Shown here: positions 1-7,486 of the stretch, piece after piece
Layout: every line of letters starts with the position of its first letter
Position numbering within the stretch: position 1 is the stretch's first letter
Source: a virus
Lineage: Duplodnaviria; Heunggongvirae; Uroviricota; Caudoviricetes
Direction: 5' to 3' (one strand)
DNA: 14,003 nucleotides
IMG/VR virus record: IMGVR_UViG_2778261067_000003
Coordinates: 1-14,003 of that record
Program-made: the position numbers and the translations under genes
The notes under the pieces: generated by a model
Seen by the model: the letters and a program-made list of their open reading frames with translations, nothing else
What the model was told of the DNA's origin: nothing
Databases searched by the model: none

Positions 1-95
1 ACCGTCATCCCTGGTTCAAAGCTCTGCTGAACAATTGCGATCTTTTCCTGTGTGGTACGCCGTCTGCGTTTCTCCGGCCCTAAGACATCAATCAT
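1..95 (-). CDS. insC: IS2 OrfA/InsC transposase subunit, N-terminal part (partial, runs off the window)
   Basis: ATG at 93-95 on the minus strand, translating [31 protein letters not shown]..., the recalled InsC N-terminus. Open to the window edge, so it is absent from the ORF track. Confidence 0.75.
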
Positions 96-186
96 CTGTT
101 CTCCAATGACTAGTCTAAAAACTAGTATTAAGACTATCACTTATTTAAGTGATATTGGTTGTCTGGAGATTCAGGAGGCCAGTCTA
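1..186 (-). mobile_element. IS2 insertion sequence, left end (IRL plus start of orfA), continuing beyond the window edge
   Basis: Reverse complement of 186..71 reads TAGACTGGCCTCCTGAATCTCCAGACAACCAATATCACTTAAATAAGTGATAGTCTTAATACTAGTTTTTAGACTAGTCATTGGAGAACAGATGATTGATGTC..., which matches the IS2 terminus as I remember it. Not checked against ISfinder. Confidence 0.8.
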
Positions 187-435
187 ATGGCCACAGAACA
201 GGTAAAGACTTCCGGCAGGTTTCAGCACCCGCCAGAACTGCGCCAGACACTGGTCCAGCCACTTCAGGTAATCATCGTCGCCCTTCCACTGGTTATCCCA
301 GCCTTCAGGCTTCACTTTAAAGTACGGCGGGTCCGTGACTATCAGGTCAACAGAATTTTCGGGTAACGACCGGATAAATTCCAGGCAGTCGGCGTTGATT
401 AACTCACAACTGGATATTTTTACAGTATTAAGCAT
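187..435 (-). pseudogene. N6-adenine DNA methyltransferase (beta-class, DPPY motif), N-terminal 83 codons, interrupted by IS2
   Basis: Track ORF 184..435 carries ...VDLIVTDPPYF..., motif IV of amino-methyltransferases placed near the N-terminus as in beta-class enzymes. The TAG stop at 184-186 is supplied by the first bases of the IS2 terminus, and 83 aa is far short of a full enzyme. Confidence 0.7.
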
Positions 436-572
436 GGATCATTAAGCCTGTCTCTGATAGGCTCATTCTGCTTTTGCGCAAAGCAGATGGGCCTGAGGTT
501 TGCTTGTGACCCCAACGCATGAGCAGATGGCTGGTGAGTGCCCCTAACACCCACCAGCCGCCCATTTACCAC

Positions 573-600
573 AAATAAAAAAGCCTTCAGGACTGAAGGC
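573..600 (-). terminator. Rho-independent terminator (minus strand)
   Basis: Stem 583-589 GCCTTCA / 594-600 TGAAGGC with loop GGAC; on the minus-strand transcript it is followed by UUUUUUAUUU (plus-strand A-run 573-582). It overlaps the stop of the 587..784 ORF. Confidence 0.55.
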
Positions 601-784
601 GTCTGTAACAACCGAACTGATAGTCTGCCAGACCCGCCATAACAAGCTGGGTCAGTATTAGCTGGCAGCGTTCGCGTGAAAGGTACGTATTCTGTGCAAT
701 CTCCCCGACAGTCGCCGGTTCGGTGGCACTTAATTCATTAAAAACCACTCTGGCGGTTTCGGTCATATCCTGCTGTTTCAGCAT
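587..784 (-). CDS. Small hypothetical protein (about 65 aa) with a possible HTH/winged-helix segment
   Basis: Track ORF 587..877 trimmed to the internal ATG at 782-784 (MLKQQDMTETARVVFNELSATEPATVGEIAQNTYLSRERCQLILTQL...), with a purine-rich stretch about 10 nt upstream. A terminator sits at its 3' end. Function unknown. Confidence 0.45.
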   Translation of the reverse strand: MLKQQDMTETARVVFNELSATEPATVGEIAQNTYLSRERCQLILTQLVMAGLADYQFGCYRRLQS

Positions 785-957
785 GTCTTTTTCCCTTTTC
801 CGGTTAACGTGACACACCAATAACTCTTGTCGAAAAAGCCAGCAAGCTGAAAGACCGGTATTAATAACCACCTGCACATTTTATGTACTGCACCATTTTT
901 CTGGCATAAAAAAACCGCTCAATGCCGGGCAGTAAAATCTTTATTACTCAGGAAATT

Positions 958-1671
958 TTAACGTACTCTGACAGTATTAATTTCAAAATCATTAATATTT
1001 CCGCTATTAAATATAACGAATTTCTTACCCCCACTCCTGTATGATTTCGATAACACCAGACGATCATCATAGCGCGCAATAATGTAATACCATACATTCT
1101 CATAGTGGACCGTCTGATATTCCCTCTTAAACTGTGGTTTGTACCAACCGGCAATAAGAGAGAATGCCCAGAAATAAATCATAAACCCAGCCATCATGAA
1201 CTCAATTCGGTGATGGCGAATAACAGACATTTCCGAAAAACATTTGACTGAAACAAGTCTTCTTCCAGACCTGACAAAAAGCGTGATTGCAAAGGCAGCA
1301 AGAACACAGAAAATCAGTACATCTGGCTCAACATGCTGATGAATTACAGAAAACTCCAGAACAGGTGGAATAAAAAGCAGCAATATCGCGAGAAAAAGCC
1401 GGATAAAACTCAAATTTTGTATATTGCGCTTTTGTTTTATGCCCAAAAAGAAAACAATACCAACTCCCCATCCAATAAGGAATATAACGATAACTGTCAC
1501 AGCATAAAACAAACTTCGTGCTACATCATCGACACCAGCCCCGACAACCCACCATGGAAAGCCATAGTAAAATGAAGTACCCCATCCATAGAAATAAGCG
1601 CTCCCCCATCCGAGACAGCCCATATAAGCAACAAAAAGTGAAGAGTTTCTGAGCAGAGCACTGTCATCCAT
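958..1671 (-). CDS. Multi-pass membrane protein (about 5 predicted TM segments plus a roughly 60-aa soluble C-terminus), function unknown; AT-rich moron
   Basis: 237-aa ORF with a true ATG at 1669-1671. Hydrophobic stretches such as SLFYAVTVIVIFLIGWGVGIVFFLGI and LSFIRLFLAILLLFIPPVL. The region is visibly AT-rich compared with its neighbours. No recognisable catalytic motif. Confidence 0.6.
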   Translation of the reverse strand: MDDSALLRNSSLFVAYMGCLGWGSAYFYGWGTSFYYGFPWWVVGAGVDDVARSLFYAVTVIVIFLIGWGVGIVFFLGIKQKRNIQNLSFIRLFLAILLLFIPPVLEFSVIHQHVEPDVLIFCVLAAFAITLFVRSGRRLVSVKCFSEMSVIRHHRIEFMMAGFMIYFWAFSLIAGWYKPQFKREYQTVHYENVWYYIIARYDDRLVLSKSYRSGGKKFVIFNSGNINDFEINTVRVR

Positions 1672-1710
1672 AGTAACACCATTAACAACTCAAAAATATC
1701 AACACACATT

Positions 1711-1739
1711 ACATAACAAATTGGATTCCATGCAGTCAA
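1711..1739 (-). promoter_or_regulatory. Candidate sigma70 promoter for the membrane-protein moron
   Basis: Minus strand: TTGACT (plus 1734-1739), 17-bp spacer, TTATGT (plus 1711-1716), about 35 nt upstream of the ATG at 1671. Hexamer match only. Confidence 0.3.
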
Positions 1740-1811
1740 GGGGCGTCATTGATGGAGAAAGTATTGGCACAATCGTCATCACGTTTAATGTCTATGCCAT
1801 TTTTTGGGGGG

Positions 1812-1836
1812 TAAAAAACCCGCTCGGTCACGGGTT
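1812..1836 (-). terminator. Rho-independent terminator, tR'-like (downstream of the Q-like gene)
   Basis: Stem 1817-1822 AACCCG / 1831-1836 CGGGTT with an 8-nt loop; the minus-strand transcript continues with UUUUUUA. It lies about 70 nt downstream of the candidate pR'. Confidence 0.55.
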
Positions 1837-1888
1837 TTAGTGGCTTTGTCATCACGTATAATAACGGCAAAATATCAGATTTACACGA

Positions 1889-1917
1889 AACATATGCCTT
1901 TTTATCTACTTTTGCAA
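1889..1917 (-). promoter_or_regulatory. Candidate late promoter (pR'-like) just downstream of the Q-like gene
   Basis: Minus strand: TTGCAA (plus 1912-1917), 17-bp spacer, TATGTT (plus 1889-1894). Its position after the Q stop at 1925 and before the tR'-like terminator mirrors the lambdoid pR'/tR' layout. Confidence 0.4.
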
Positions 1918-1924
1918 TACTTTG

Positions 1925-2590
1925 CTATGAAAATGCCGCCTTTTGTTTTGAACGTGTTCCCTCCACCAACAATAAAGCTTCACTATCCAGCCGATGAAAA
2001 ATGTGTTTCATTGCAACCCAGTGACCAGTAAATGTCTTGGACCAGTTTTTGGTTGTTACTCCCACCAGTAACGCCAGTTCCTGGTATTCGTAACCTTCCC
2101 CACCAAAAAGCTCAGCTTTTACCGCCTGCGCCGCCAACCAGATCAACGTCTTCAGGCGCACCAGAGTTTTTCCTGCAATTTTTCTGGTACCGGATTGAGC
2201 ATTAAATTCAGTCCACGCCCACTGCGTTATCGCGATCTGATGCTCCCAGCAAATGCTACCGCTGTAACACCACAGCAGCCAGGCTTTATGATGTTCTTCA
2301 AGAGACAGAACGGCGCGTCGCCATGATGATGTCGAAAACTCAACCGGACTGACCAGGGCAATTGATGAGCCTTTCGCCAGTGATTGTTTACCCGGGATCG
2401 GGGGATTATCCCGCGTGATCATTTTTCCGGTTACCTCATCGCGGTAACGAATTTTTTTGCGTCTGTAACGCCCTGTATCGAACAGGGCATTTTCCTGCCA
2501 GGCTTCCAGCTGGCCTTTTGTCGACCCACTAAGATCCGCAGTGGCAATCATGAGTTGCTCACGAACAAACTGTAAATACTGGTTATTCAT
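1925..2590 (-). CDS. Putative late-gene antiterminator Q-like protein
   Basis: 221 aa from the ATG at 2588-2590 (the track start at 2596 is GTG). The start overlaps the rusA stop (ATGAATAA). The call rests on synteny (RusA, then this gene, then pR'/tR'); family assignment by sequence is uncertain. Confidence 0.5.
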   Translation of the reverse strand: MNNQYLQFVREQLMIATADLSGSTKGQLEAWQENALFDTGRYRRKKIRYRDEVTGKMITRDNPPIPGKQSLAKGSSIALVSPVEFSTSSWRRAVLSLEEHHKAWLLWCYSGSICWEHQIAITQWAWTEFNAQSGTRKIAGKTLVRLKTLIWLAAQAVKAELFGGEGYEYQELALLVGVTTKNWSKTFTGHWVAMKHIFHRLDSEALLLVEGTRSKQKAAFS

Positions 2591-2945
2591 GCACACCCAC
2601 CTCTGTAATTCTTATCTCCAGCCGTCCACCAGATACTGGCTTGCCACGTACAATATTGATTTCATCAAACTGCTCATCGTCCATTAACAACCCCGCGTGC
2701 GTCAGCGCATCCAGCGGTGCTTTCAGAATATTGTCCAGGTCACGGCGGCGCTTATCCGGTGGCTCTGCAATAATTTTTATTGCCAGCCGTCCGGACAGGC
2801 TTAATTTCAGTCGCTGCTGGCGAACAATAAGCGCCACTGCCCGGCGATAACGCTCCCCGGCTTTTGATACAAAATATGTGCTGCCACGGCGTCGCCAGTA
2901 AGTGTTCACCGTCGGCGGGTAAGGTAAAACCAAATCTATGAGCAT
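2583..2945 (-). CDS. rusA: Holliday junction resolvase RusA
   Basis: 120 aa, MLIDLVLPYPPTVNTYWRRRG...RRDLDNILKAPLDALTHAGLLMDDEQ...GGRLEIRITE, closely resembling E. coli RusA as I recall it. RBS AAGAGGTGA upstream of the ATG at 2943-2945. Confidence 0.9.
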   Translation of the reverse strand: MLIDLVLPYPPTVNTYWRRRGSTYFVSKAGERYRRAVALIVRQQRLKLSLSGRLAIKIIAEPPDKRRRDLDNILKAPLDALTHAGLLMDDEQFDEINIVRGKPVSGGRLEIRITEVGVHE

Positions 2946-2957
2946 CAGTCACCTCTT

Positions 2958-4007
2958 TTACCCGAGCACGCCAGTCGCAAAGGCGTGATCAAGAAAACGA
3001 AAAATTAACTCAATCTGAGAGCCGTACTTTTTCTCAAACTTCAGCGGGTCTGCATGAAGTTCGTTGTGGTGCTCCCGGCACAACGGTAGCGTGAAAATAT
3101 CGTGGGCCTTTGTTCCCACTCCCCCCTGACCATGACCAATCAGGTGATGCGGATCGTCAGCTGGCTTACCACAACACGCACACGGCTGTGTCTTTACCCA
3201 GCGCGTGTATTTCTCATTAACCCAACGGCGACGTTTAGGCCGCCTCATGAACGATTCAGGAGACTCCGGATCAACGGCGATACTGACAACCGTTTTTTTC
3301 TGTGGTGGATTTTGTTGCTGGTGGACGTGAAGTGGCAGCGCAATATTTTTTGTGCGCTGCTTCAGTATGCTGATGGCTGTCTGTTCTCCCGGTACGATGT
3401 CACTCTCACGGTATACGGAGCGGATTTTTTCCGCTGGTAATCCCAGCGAACGACGCGCTACTGCCTCAGGTAGTGCATCCACCACCTGATTGCAGGCCGC
3501 CCACCAGGATAATTCGGCCAGCGATAACTCCCTCTCCTGCGTACCGCTTATTGCGTGACGGATGACATCAATCATCCAGGCAACCAGATTCTGCTGAGCA
3601 AGTTGATCGAGTGATTCTGATGTCTGGTCGCGCAGCTGGTTGTCACAGTGCCAGCACAACACCATCGCGCCGGTACCATAACGGTGAATGACGGTTTCGC
3701 TGTGATGATAACCGCCGTGTGGCCACTGGCAGGATTTCACGTGACGTAATAACCAGTCAGACAGTGCACCTGCACCACCTGCAGCACGAATAACCCGCTC
3801 ATCGCTGAAAAATGGCAGTAATGTTTTATCCTCTGCCAGCGGCTGGCGAACGGCAGGAACGACTCCGGACGGCAGACCGCGCATGTTTTTCGGTTCCGGC
3901 TCCACCAATATTCTGCCGTTATGGAATACTGACATTGATTCACGGCCTGGCTTAACGATAACCAGACTGAGTTCCGGTACCAGAACAGGTCGAAGTAATA
4001 CCCGCAC
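2958..4007 (-). CDS. DUF968/YdfU-like phage protein with a C-terminal Cys/His cluster (HNH-like)
   Basis: 349 aa with a GTG start at 4005-4007 preceded by GGAGG at 5-nt spacing. C-terminus ...CACCGKPADDPHHLIGHGQGGVGTKAHDIFTLPLCREHHNELH.... Same length as the Qin YdfU I recall. Confidence 0.8.
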   Translation of the reverse strand: MRVLLRPVLVPELSLVIVKPGRESMSVFHNGRILVEPEPKNMRGLPSGVVPAVRQPLAEDKTLLPFFSDERVIRAAGGAGALSDWLLRHVKSCQWPHGGYHHSETVIHRYGTGAMVLCWHCDNQLRDQTSESLDQLAQQNLVAWMIDVIRHAISGTQERELSLAELSWWAACNQVVDALPEAVARRSLGLPAEKIRSVYRESDIVPGEQTAISILKQRTKNIALPLHVHQQQNPPQKKTVVSIAVDPESPESFMRRPKRRRWVNEKYTRWVKTQPCACCGKPADDPHHLIGHGQGGVGTKAHDIFTLPLCREHHNELHADPLKFEKKYGSQIELIFRFLDHAFATGVLG

Positions 4008-4008
4008 G

Positions 4009-4281
4009 TTACCTCCAGATGCGTTGCTGATATGTGCGGGACGGACGCGGCGGGCGTTCGGAATAAGGGAGCCTGACGGAAATTATCCAGTGTCGGAAGT
4101 CAGGACTGAGGCCTTTCTGAAACTGGTATCCACGTCTGCGGTAATTCTGAATCAGCCACTCGGCCTGTTCTTCAGTGCATTGGTCATGCTGGTACCAGTC
4201 ATATTTGAATGCGTGAGAGCGCCGTCCGTGTCTGCTGGCAGGGTCGGCATCAGAATTGTGGTGTTTGGTATTGTGCGCCAT
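4009..4281 (-). CDS. Hypothetical nin-region protein (about 90 aa)
   Basis: Track ORF 4009..4362 starts on TTG inside the U-tract of the upstream terminator, so I place the start at the internal ATG 4279-4281 (MAHNTKHHNSDADPASRHGRRSHAFKYDWYQHDQ...). Its stop abuts the RBS of the DUF968 gene. Confidence 0.5.
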   Translation of the reverse strand: MAHNTKHHNSDADPASRHGRRSHAFKYDWYQHDQCTEEQAEWLIQNYRRRGYQFQKGLSPDFRHWIISVRLPYSERPPRPSRTYQQRIWR

Positions 4282-4352
4282 CGGTTGTCTCTGCTGGCGC
4301 AGCAGGTGCCAGTTGTTCAGGCTGGCGTGTGGATTGTAAACCAGAATGCCAG

Positions 4353-4379
4353 GAAAAAACAAAACCCGCGAAGCGGGTT
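4353..4379 (-). terminator. Rho-independent terminator closing the R-M cassette
   Basis: Stem 4363-4369 AACCCGC / 4373-4379 GCGGGTT with loop GAA; the minus-strand transcript continues UUUUGUUUUUU. It lies 70-100 bp downstream of the endonuclease stop at 4452. Confidence 0.55.
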
Positions 4380-4451
4380 AGTAAAAATGTACTGAAGTCA
4401 ATGACGTGCCATCACAGTTAAAATATGACAGACTCTATTTACGTAGAGATG

Positions 4452-5330
4452 TCAGACTGCAAGATCCAAGGGAAGATCAGAAATATCCTTTAATCTTTTA
4501 CCATTAACCATCACGGAAAGCATGTCAGCTGCATCGCTGAGCCCCAGTATTTCAACTGCTGATATAAGTTCATAAAGCGCAAAATGATACACGCAATCTA
4601 TATCACCAGTACCAAGAGCAATAGACGCCAGACGACTTGGAGTAGGCTCAGCAGTAACAACCATTACATGAGGGAGATTTCCCTTACGGTTGCGAATAAG
4701 ATTTAATGCCTCAGAACGAGCATTCTGGGCCCGGTCGCTTCTTATTGTCCATTTGCAGGAAATACTTGCGTGTAATATTGGTTTCCCACCATTCGAACTC
4801 CTGAGAGCTGACATGCGGGTAACAGAATCATCCACCAGTAATTCAGGACTGTTGATAACTTGATCACATTCAGGTTCTCTTTCAACAATAATATCTGGTG
4901 AAATCGTATAATCACTCCCCAGTGCAGCAGCTAGCTGAGGATTACTTTTTGCAGCACTATCCAATGCTATAAGATGGGCATATTGTTCATATTTAGCTAT
5001 CTCTAATCTGTTTCTACCAGAAACCTGATGTACATTCCATTTTCCAGGGCGTAAGTGGCTGAGTTTAAAAAAGGTTTTTTCTATAAACTCTGCGCAGATA
5101 CTCTCAAACTGATTACCAGATGTTTGCCCTGCAACACGTTCACCAATCGTTTCAGCCTGCAAGAAGCGAGCAATTTCTCTTGCTATAGCTTTACTGTTTT
5201 TGTTACTGCTATCTGCGTTACTAACAACTCCGGCAGTATTAATTGTGAGCGTATTCAGTAACAATTGGGCATGAAACTCCTTTCTGGCTTCAGCAAAACC
5301 AACTATGCTGTCAACCAAATCTCCATTCAT
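4452..5330 (-). CDS. Type II restriction endonuclease, NgoMIV/Cfr10I/Bse634I-like (predicted CCGG-core recognition)
   Basis: 292 aa, ATG at 5328-5330 with AAGGA RBS, 13 bp after the methyltransferase stop. PD-(D/E)XK-type signature ...SPDIIVE... (D146) and ...SCKWTIRSDRAQNARSE... (K193, E207). The D-to-K (47) and K-to-E (14) spacing matches what I recall for NgoMIV (D140/K187/E201). Confidence 0.75.
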   Translation of the reverse strand: MNGDLVDSIVGFAEARKEFHAQLLLNTLTINTAGVVSNADSSNKNSKAIAREIARFLQAETIGERVAGQTSGNQFESICAEFIEKTFFKLSHLRPGKWNVHQVSGRNRLEIAKYEQYAHLIALDSAAKSNPQLAAALGSDYTISPDIIVEREPECDQVINSPELLVDDSVTRMSALRSSNGGKPILHASISCKWTIRSDRAQNARSEALNLIRNRKGNLPHVMVVTAEPTPSRLASIALGTGDIDCVYHFALYELISAVEILGLSDAADMLSVMVNGKRLKDISDLPLDLAV

Positions 5331-5343
5331 TTCTGGATTTCCT

Positions 5344-6468
5344 TCAGGCTACTTGACTATTCTTACTGATGTTATTCTTATACCGTCCCTGCAAAACTCC
5401 ATACACATATTGTGCGATTTTTGCCGCAAATAGCGGTGGAACAGCATTCCCGATCTGCTTTGCAATCTCAGTTTTTGAACCGGTAAAAATGAAATTATCA
5501 GGAAAAGACATTAATCTCGCTGCCTCACGATGAGTTATTGGCCGATCCTCTTCCGGATGTAAATATCGCCCTTTCTCCGGTTTGAAAAACTCAGTACGAA
5601 TCGTTACTGAAGGTCTGTCCCACCACAGACGTCCAAACAAATCGGTCCCTCCAGATTTCTTTTTTAGCCAGCACGCCGGGGTTATATCAGGTCTTTTTTT
5701 CTGTAAATCGAAACGGTTACCTCCTGGTGGAACCGCTTTATATCGCTCCAGAGAAACAGGTGTGGGATTACGCCCAAAATGTAAGTTCAGCGGAGGAAGT
5801 TCATTACGAATATCAGTTCCAACAGGAGCAGGTAAGTCACCAATTGCATCACGCGTACAGACCCATTCAGGCAAAGCGACATCCTTATCAGGGGAACGAT
5901 GCGTTGGTGCTGGCGGGAACGCCGGAATACTATGCACATCGAAGAGTTCTCGTTTGATACCGATTGCTATCGTTCGTTTTCTTGTCTGAGGTACTCCATA
6001 GTCAGCAGTATTCAACACCATTGGATTAAGCAGAATAAAGCCCATGGATTTCGCTCTAAACGTAATGTCCGCAAACTCATCGCTTATCAGCAATCCGGGG
6101 ACATTTTCCATGACGAACATACAAGCCCTTGAACGCTCAATGACATCCATATAAGGCTCCCACAATGCTCTTCGGTGATCACCATAACGATTCTTATTCA
6201 ATAAACTGAATCCCTGACACGGGGGGCCACCTATGACCACATCAGCCTCAGGAACAGTATTGCTGGATGCCCACTCCTCAATATTTGCCTGAACTCCATG
6301 CAAACCAAAATTGGCATTGTAGGTATTTATAGCTGCAGCATTATTATCAATAGCAAGGATACTTTCAAAGTAGTCAGACATCTCTCCATGAAGAAAACCA
6401 TAAGATAATCCACCTGCCCCACAAAAGAGGTCTATCACTCTGAATTTATTTAATTCTTTCATCCGCAT
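5344..6468 (-). CDS. DNA cytosine-5 methyltransferase (Type II R-M modification subunit)
   Basis: 374 aa with canonical m5C motifs: I DLFCGAGGLSYGF, IV GPPCQGFS (catalytic Cys), VI ENVPGL, VIII QTRKR, X GNAVPP. ATG at 6466-6468. Confidence 0.9.
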   Translation of the reverse strand: MRMKELNKFRVIDLFCGAGGLSYGFLHGEMSDYFESILAIDNNAAAINTYNANFGLHGVQANIEEWASSNTVPEADVVIGGPPCQGFSLLNKNRYGDHRRALWEPYMDVIERSRACMFVMENVPGLLISDEFADITFRAKSMGFILLNPMVLNTADYGVPQTRKRTIAIGIKRELFDVHSIPAFPPAPTHRSPDKDVALPEWVCTRDAIGDLPAPVGTDIRNELPPLNLHFGRNPTPVSLERYKAVPPGGNRFDLQKKRPDITPACWLKKKSGGTDLFGRLWWDRPSVTIRTEFFKPEKGRYLHPEEDRPITHREAARLMSFPDNFIFTGSKTEIAKQIGNAVPPLFAAKIAQYVYGVLQGRYKNNISKNSQVA

Positions 6469-6646
6469 CCATATGCCTCAGATTAATGTTGAGCGTCTTA
6501 CAGGACGCGTAATGTTAACTGGGGCTTTCTCTATCTGCCTTTTGGTGTTCATGCCTGAGGCAGACAGCCTCAGGCACCCGCAGCAATTCTACTTAACTCA
6601 CGTCACCTCGCCAATATGAAATCAATCAGAAAGGTGATCCATAAAA

Positions 6647-7333
6647 TCACTCCTTCTCTTCTTTTCCGTAGTGGAGTTGGCCAATTTTGATAAGAGGGCG
6701 TCCCTGAGATTTGCGGTGTAGATTGGTATCGCGCAGAGAATACACACAGCCACAATATTCCTGCTGATAGAATTTTTCGCGCTTGCTGATTTCAATCATA
6801 CGGGACGAGCCGCCCTGCTTGCGCCAGTTATAATCCCAGTACACCATACCCGGATAATGCGCAACAGCTCGCCGCCCACACTCGTTAACCTGCTGCATAT
6901 TTTTCCAGCGTGAAATGCCCAGTGAACTGCTGATCACACTGAAACCATTTTCAGCAGCGTACAACGCTGTCCGCTCAAAACGCATGTCAAAACACATGGT
7001 ACAACGGATCCCCCTCTCAGGCTCCCATTCCATTCCTTTGGCACGTTCAAACCAGTTGTCGGTGTCGTAATCAGCATCGATAAACGGCACGCCGTGTTGT
7101 TCAGCAAAGCGAATATTTTCATCCTTACGAATTAAATACTCTTTCTGAGGATGAATGTTCGGGTTGTAGAAAAAGATGGTGTAGTCGATTCCCGAGGCCT
7201 GAAGCGCCTCCATCACTTCACCGGAACATGGAGCACAGCAAGAGTGCAGTAGTAGTTTGTTTGCCCCGTTTGGGAGTTCCAATTTAGGCCGTTTGAAATC
7301 AGCAATAGTCATAAATATTTTTATTGGGGTCAT
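6647..7333 (-). CDS. queH: QueH (DUF208) family protein, epoxyqueuosine reductase homolog
   Basis: 228 aa with conserved cysteine clusters [22 protein letters not shown] and EYCGCVYS, typical of QueH/DUF208. No other queuosine pathway genes are present in the window. Confidence 0.8.
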   Translation of the reverse strand: MTPIKIFMTIADFKRPKLELPNGANKLLLHSCCAPCSGEVMEALQASGIDYTIFFYNPNIHPQKEYLIRKDENIRFAEQHGVPFIDADYDTDNWFERAKGMEWEPERGIRCTMCFDMRFERTALYAAENGFSVISSSLGISRWKNMQQVNECGRRAVAHYPGMVYWDYNWRKQGGSSRMIEISKREKFYQQEYCGCVYSLRDTNLHRKSQGRPLIKIGQLHYGKEEKE

Positions 7334-7486
7334 GAAAATAGCACAGAGTGTAGCATCAGAGCAGGGCTATCGGGAATATATGTCTAAATCTGGTAATATC
7401 TGGTTTTGACGCAAAGCGGACAACCACGCTGGCTCTACCCTGCGCCATGAAAATGTCAATTCACATCTGAACTAATGCTCTTTAAT

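Noticed and set aside
52-366. 104-aa plus-strand ORF
   Set aside because: It lies antisense across the IS2 end and the methyltransferase fragment, which account for the sequence; no independent support.
420-611. 63-aa minus-strand ORF
   Set aside because: It spans the intergenic region and the terminator hairpin, with no RBS; likely non-coding.
948-1739. Track ORFs 948..1154 (-), 1333..1575 (+) and 1521..1739 (-)
   Set aside because: Alternative-frame or antisense shadows of the 958..1671 membrane-protein gene in AT-rich DNA.
1804-2031. 75-aa plus-strand ORF across the pR'/tR' region
   Set aside because: It covers the promoter and terminator elements and the Q-like gene end; better explained as regulatory DNA.
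4282-4362. N-terminal extension of the 117-aa ORF to a TTG start at 4362
   Set aside because: Its first codons (TTG TTT TTT) are the U-tract of the R-M terminator; the internal ATG at 4281 is more plausible.
2384-4421. Shadow ORFs 2384..2575 (+), 2641..2850 (+), 2752..2952 (-), 3102..3440 (+), 3737..3943 (-), 3883..4395 (+), 4209..4421 (+)
   Set aside because: All overlap the well-supported Q-like, RusA and DUF968 genes in other frames or antisense.
5055-6132. Plus-strand ORFs 5055..5261, 5582..5989, 5727..5957 and 5899..6132
   Set aside because: Antisense to the endonuclease and methyltransferase genes, whose motifs fix the coding strand.
491-6560. Octamer GCCTGAGG shared by 491-498 and 6553-6560
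   Set aside because: A single shared 8-mer in 14 kb is within chance expectation.
6934-7122. 62-aa minus-strand ORF inside queH
   Set aside because: Alternative frame within the QueH gene.
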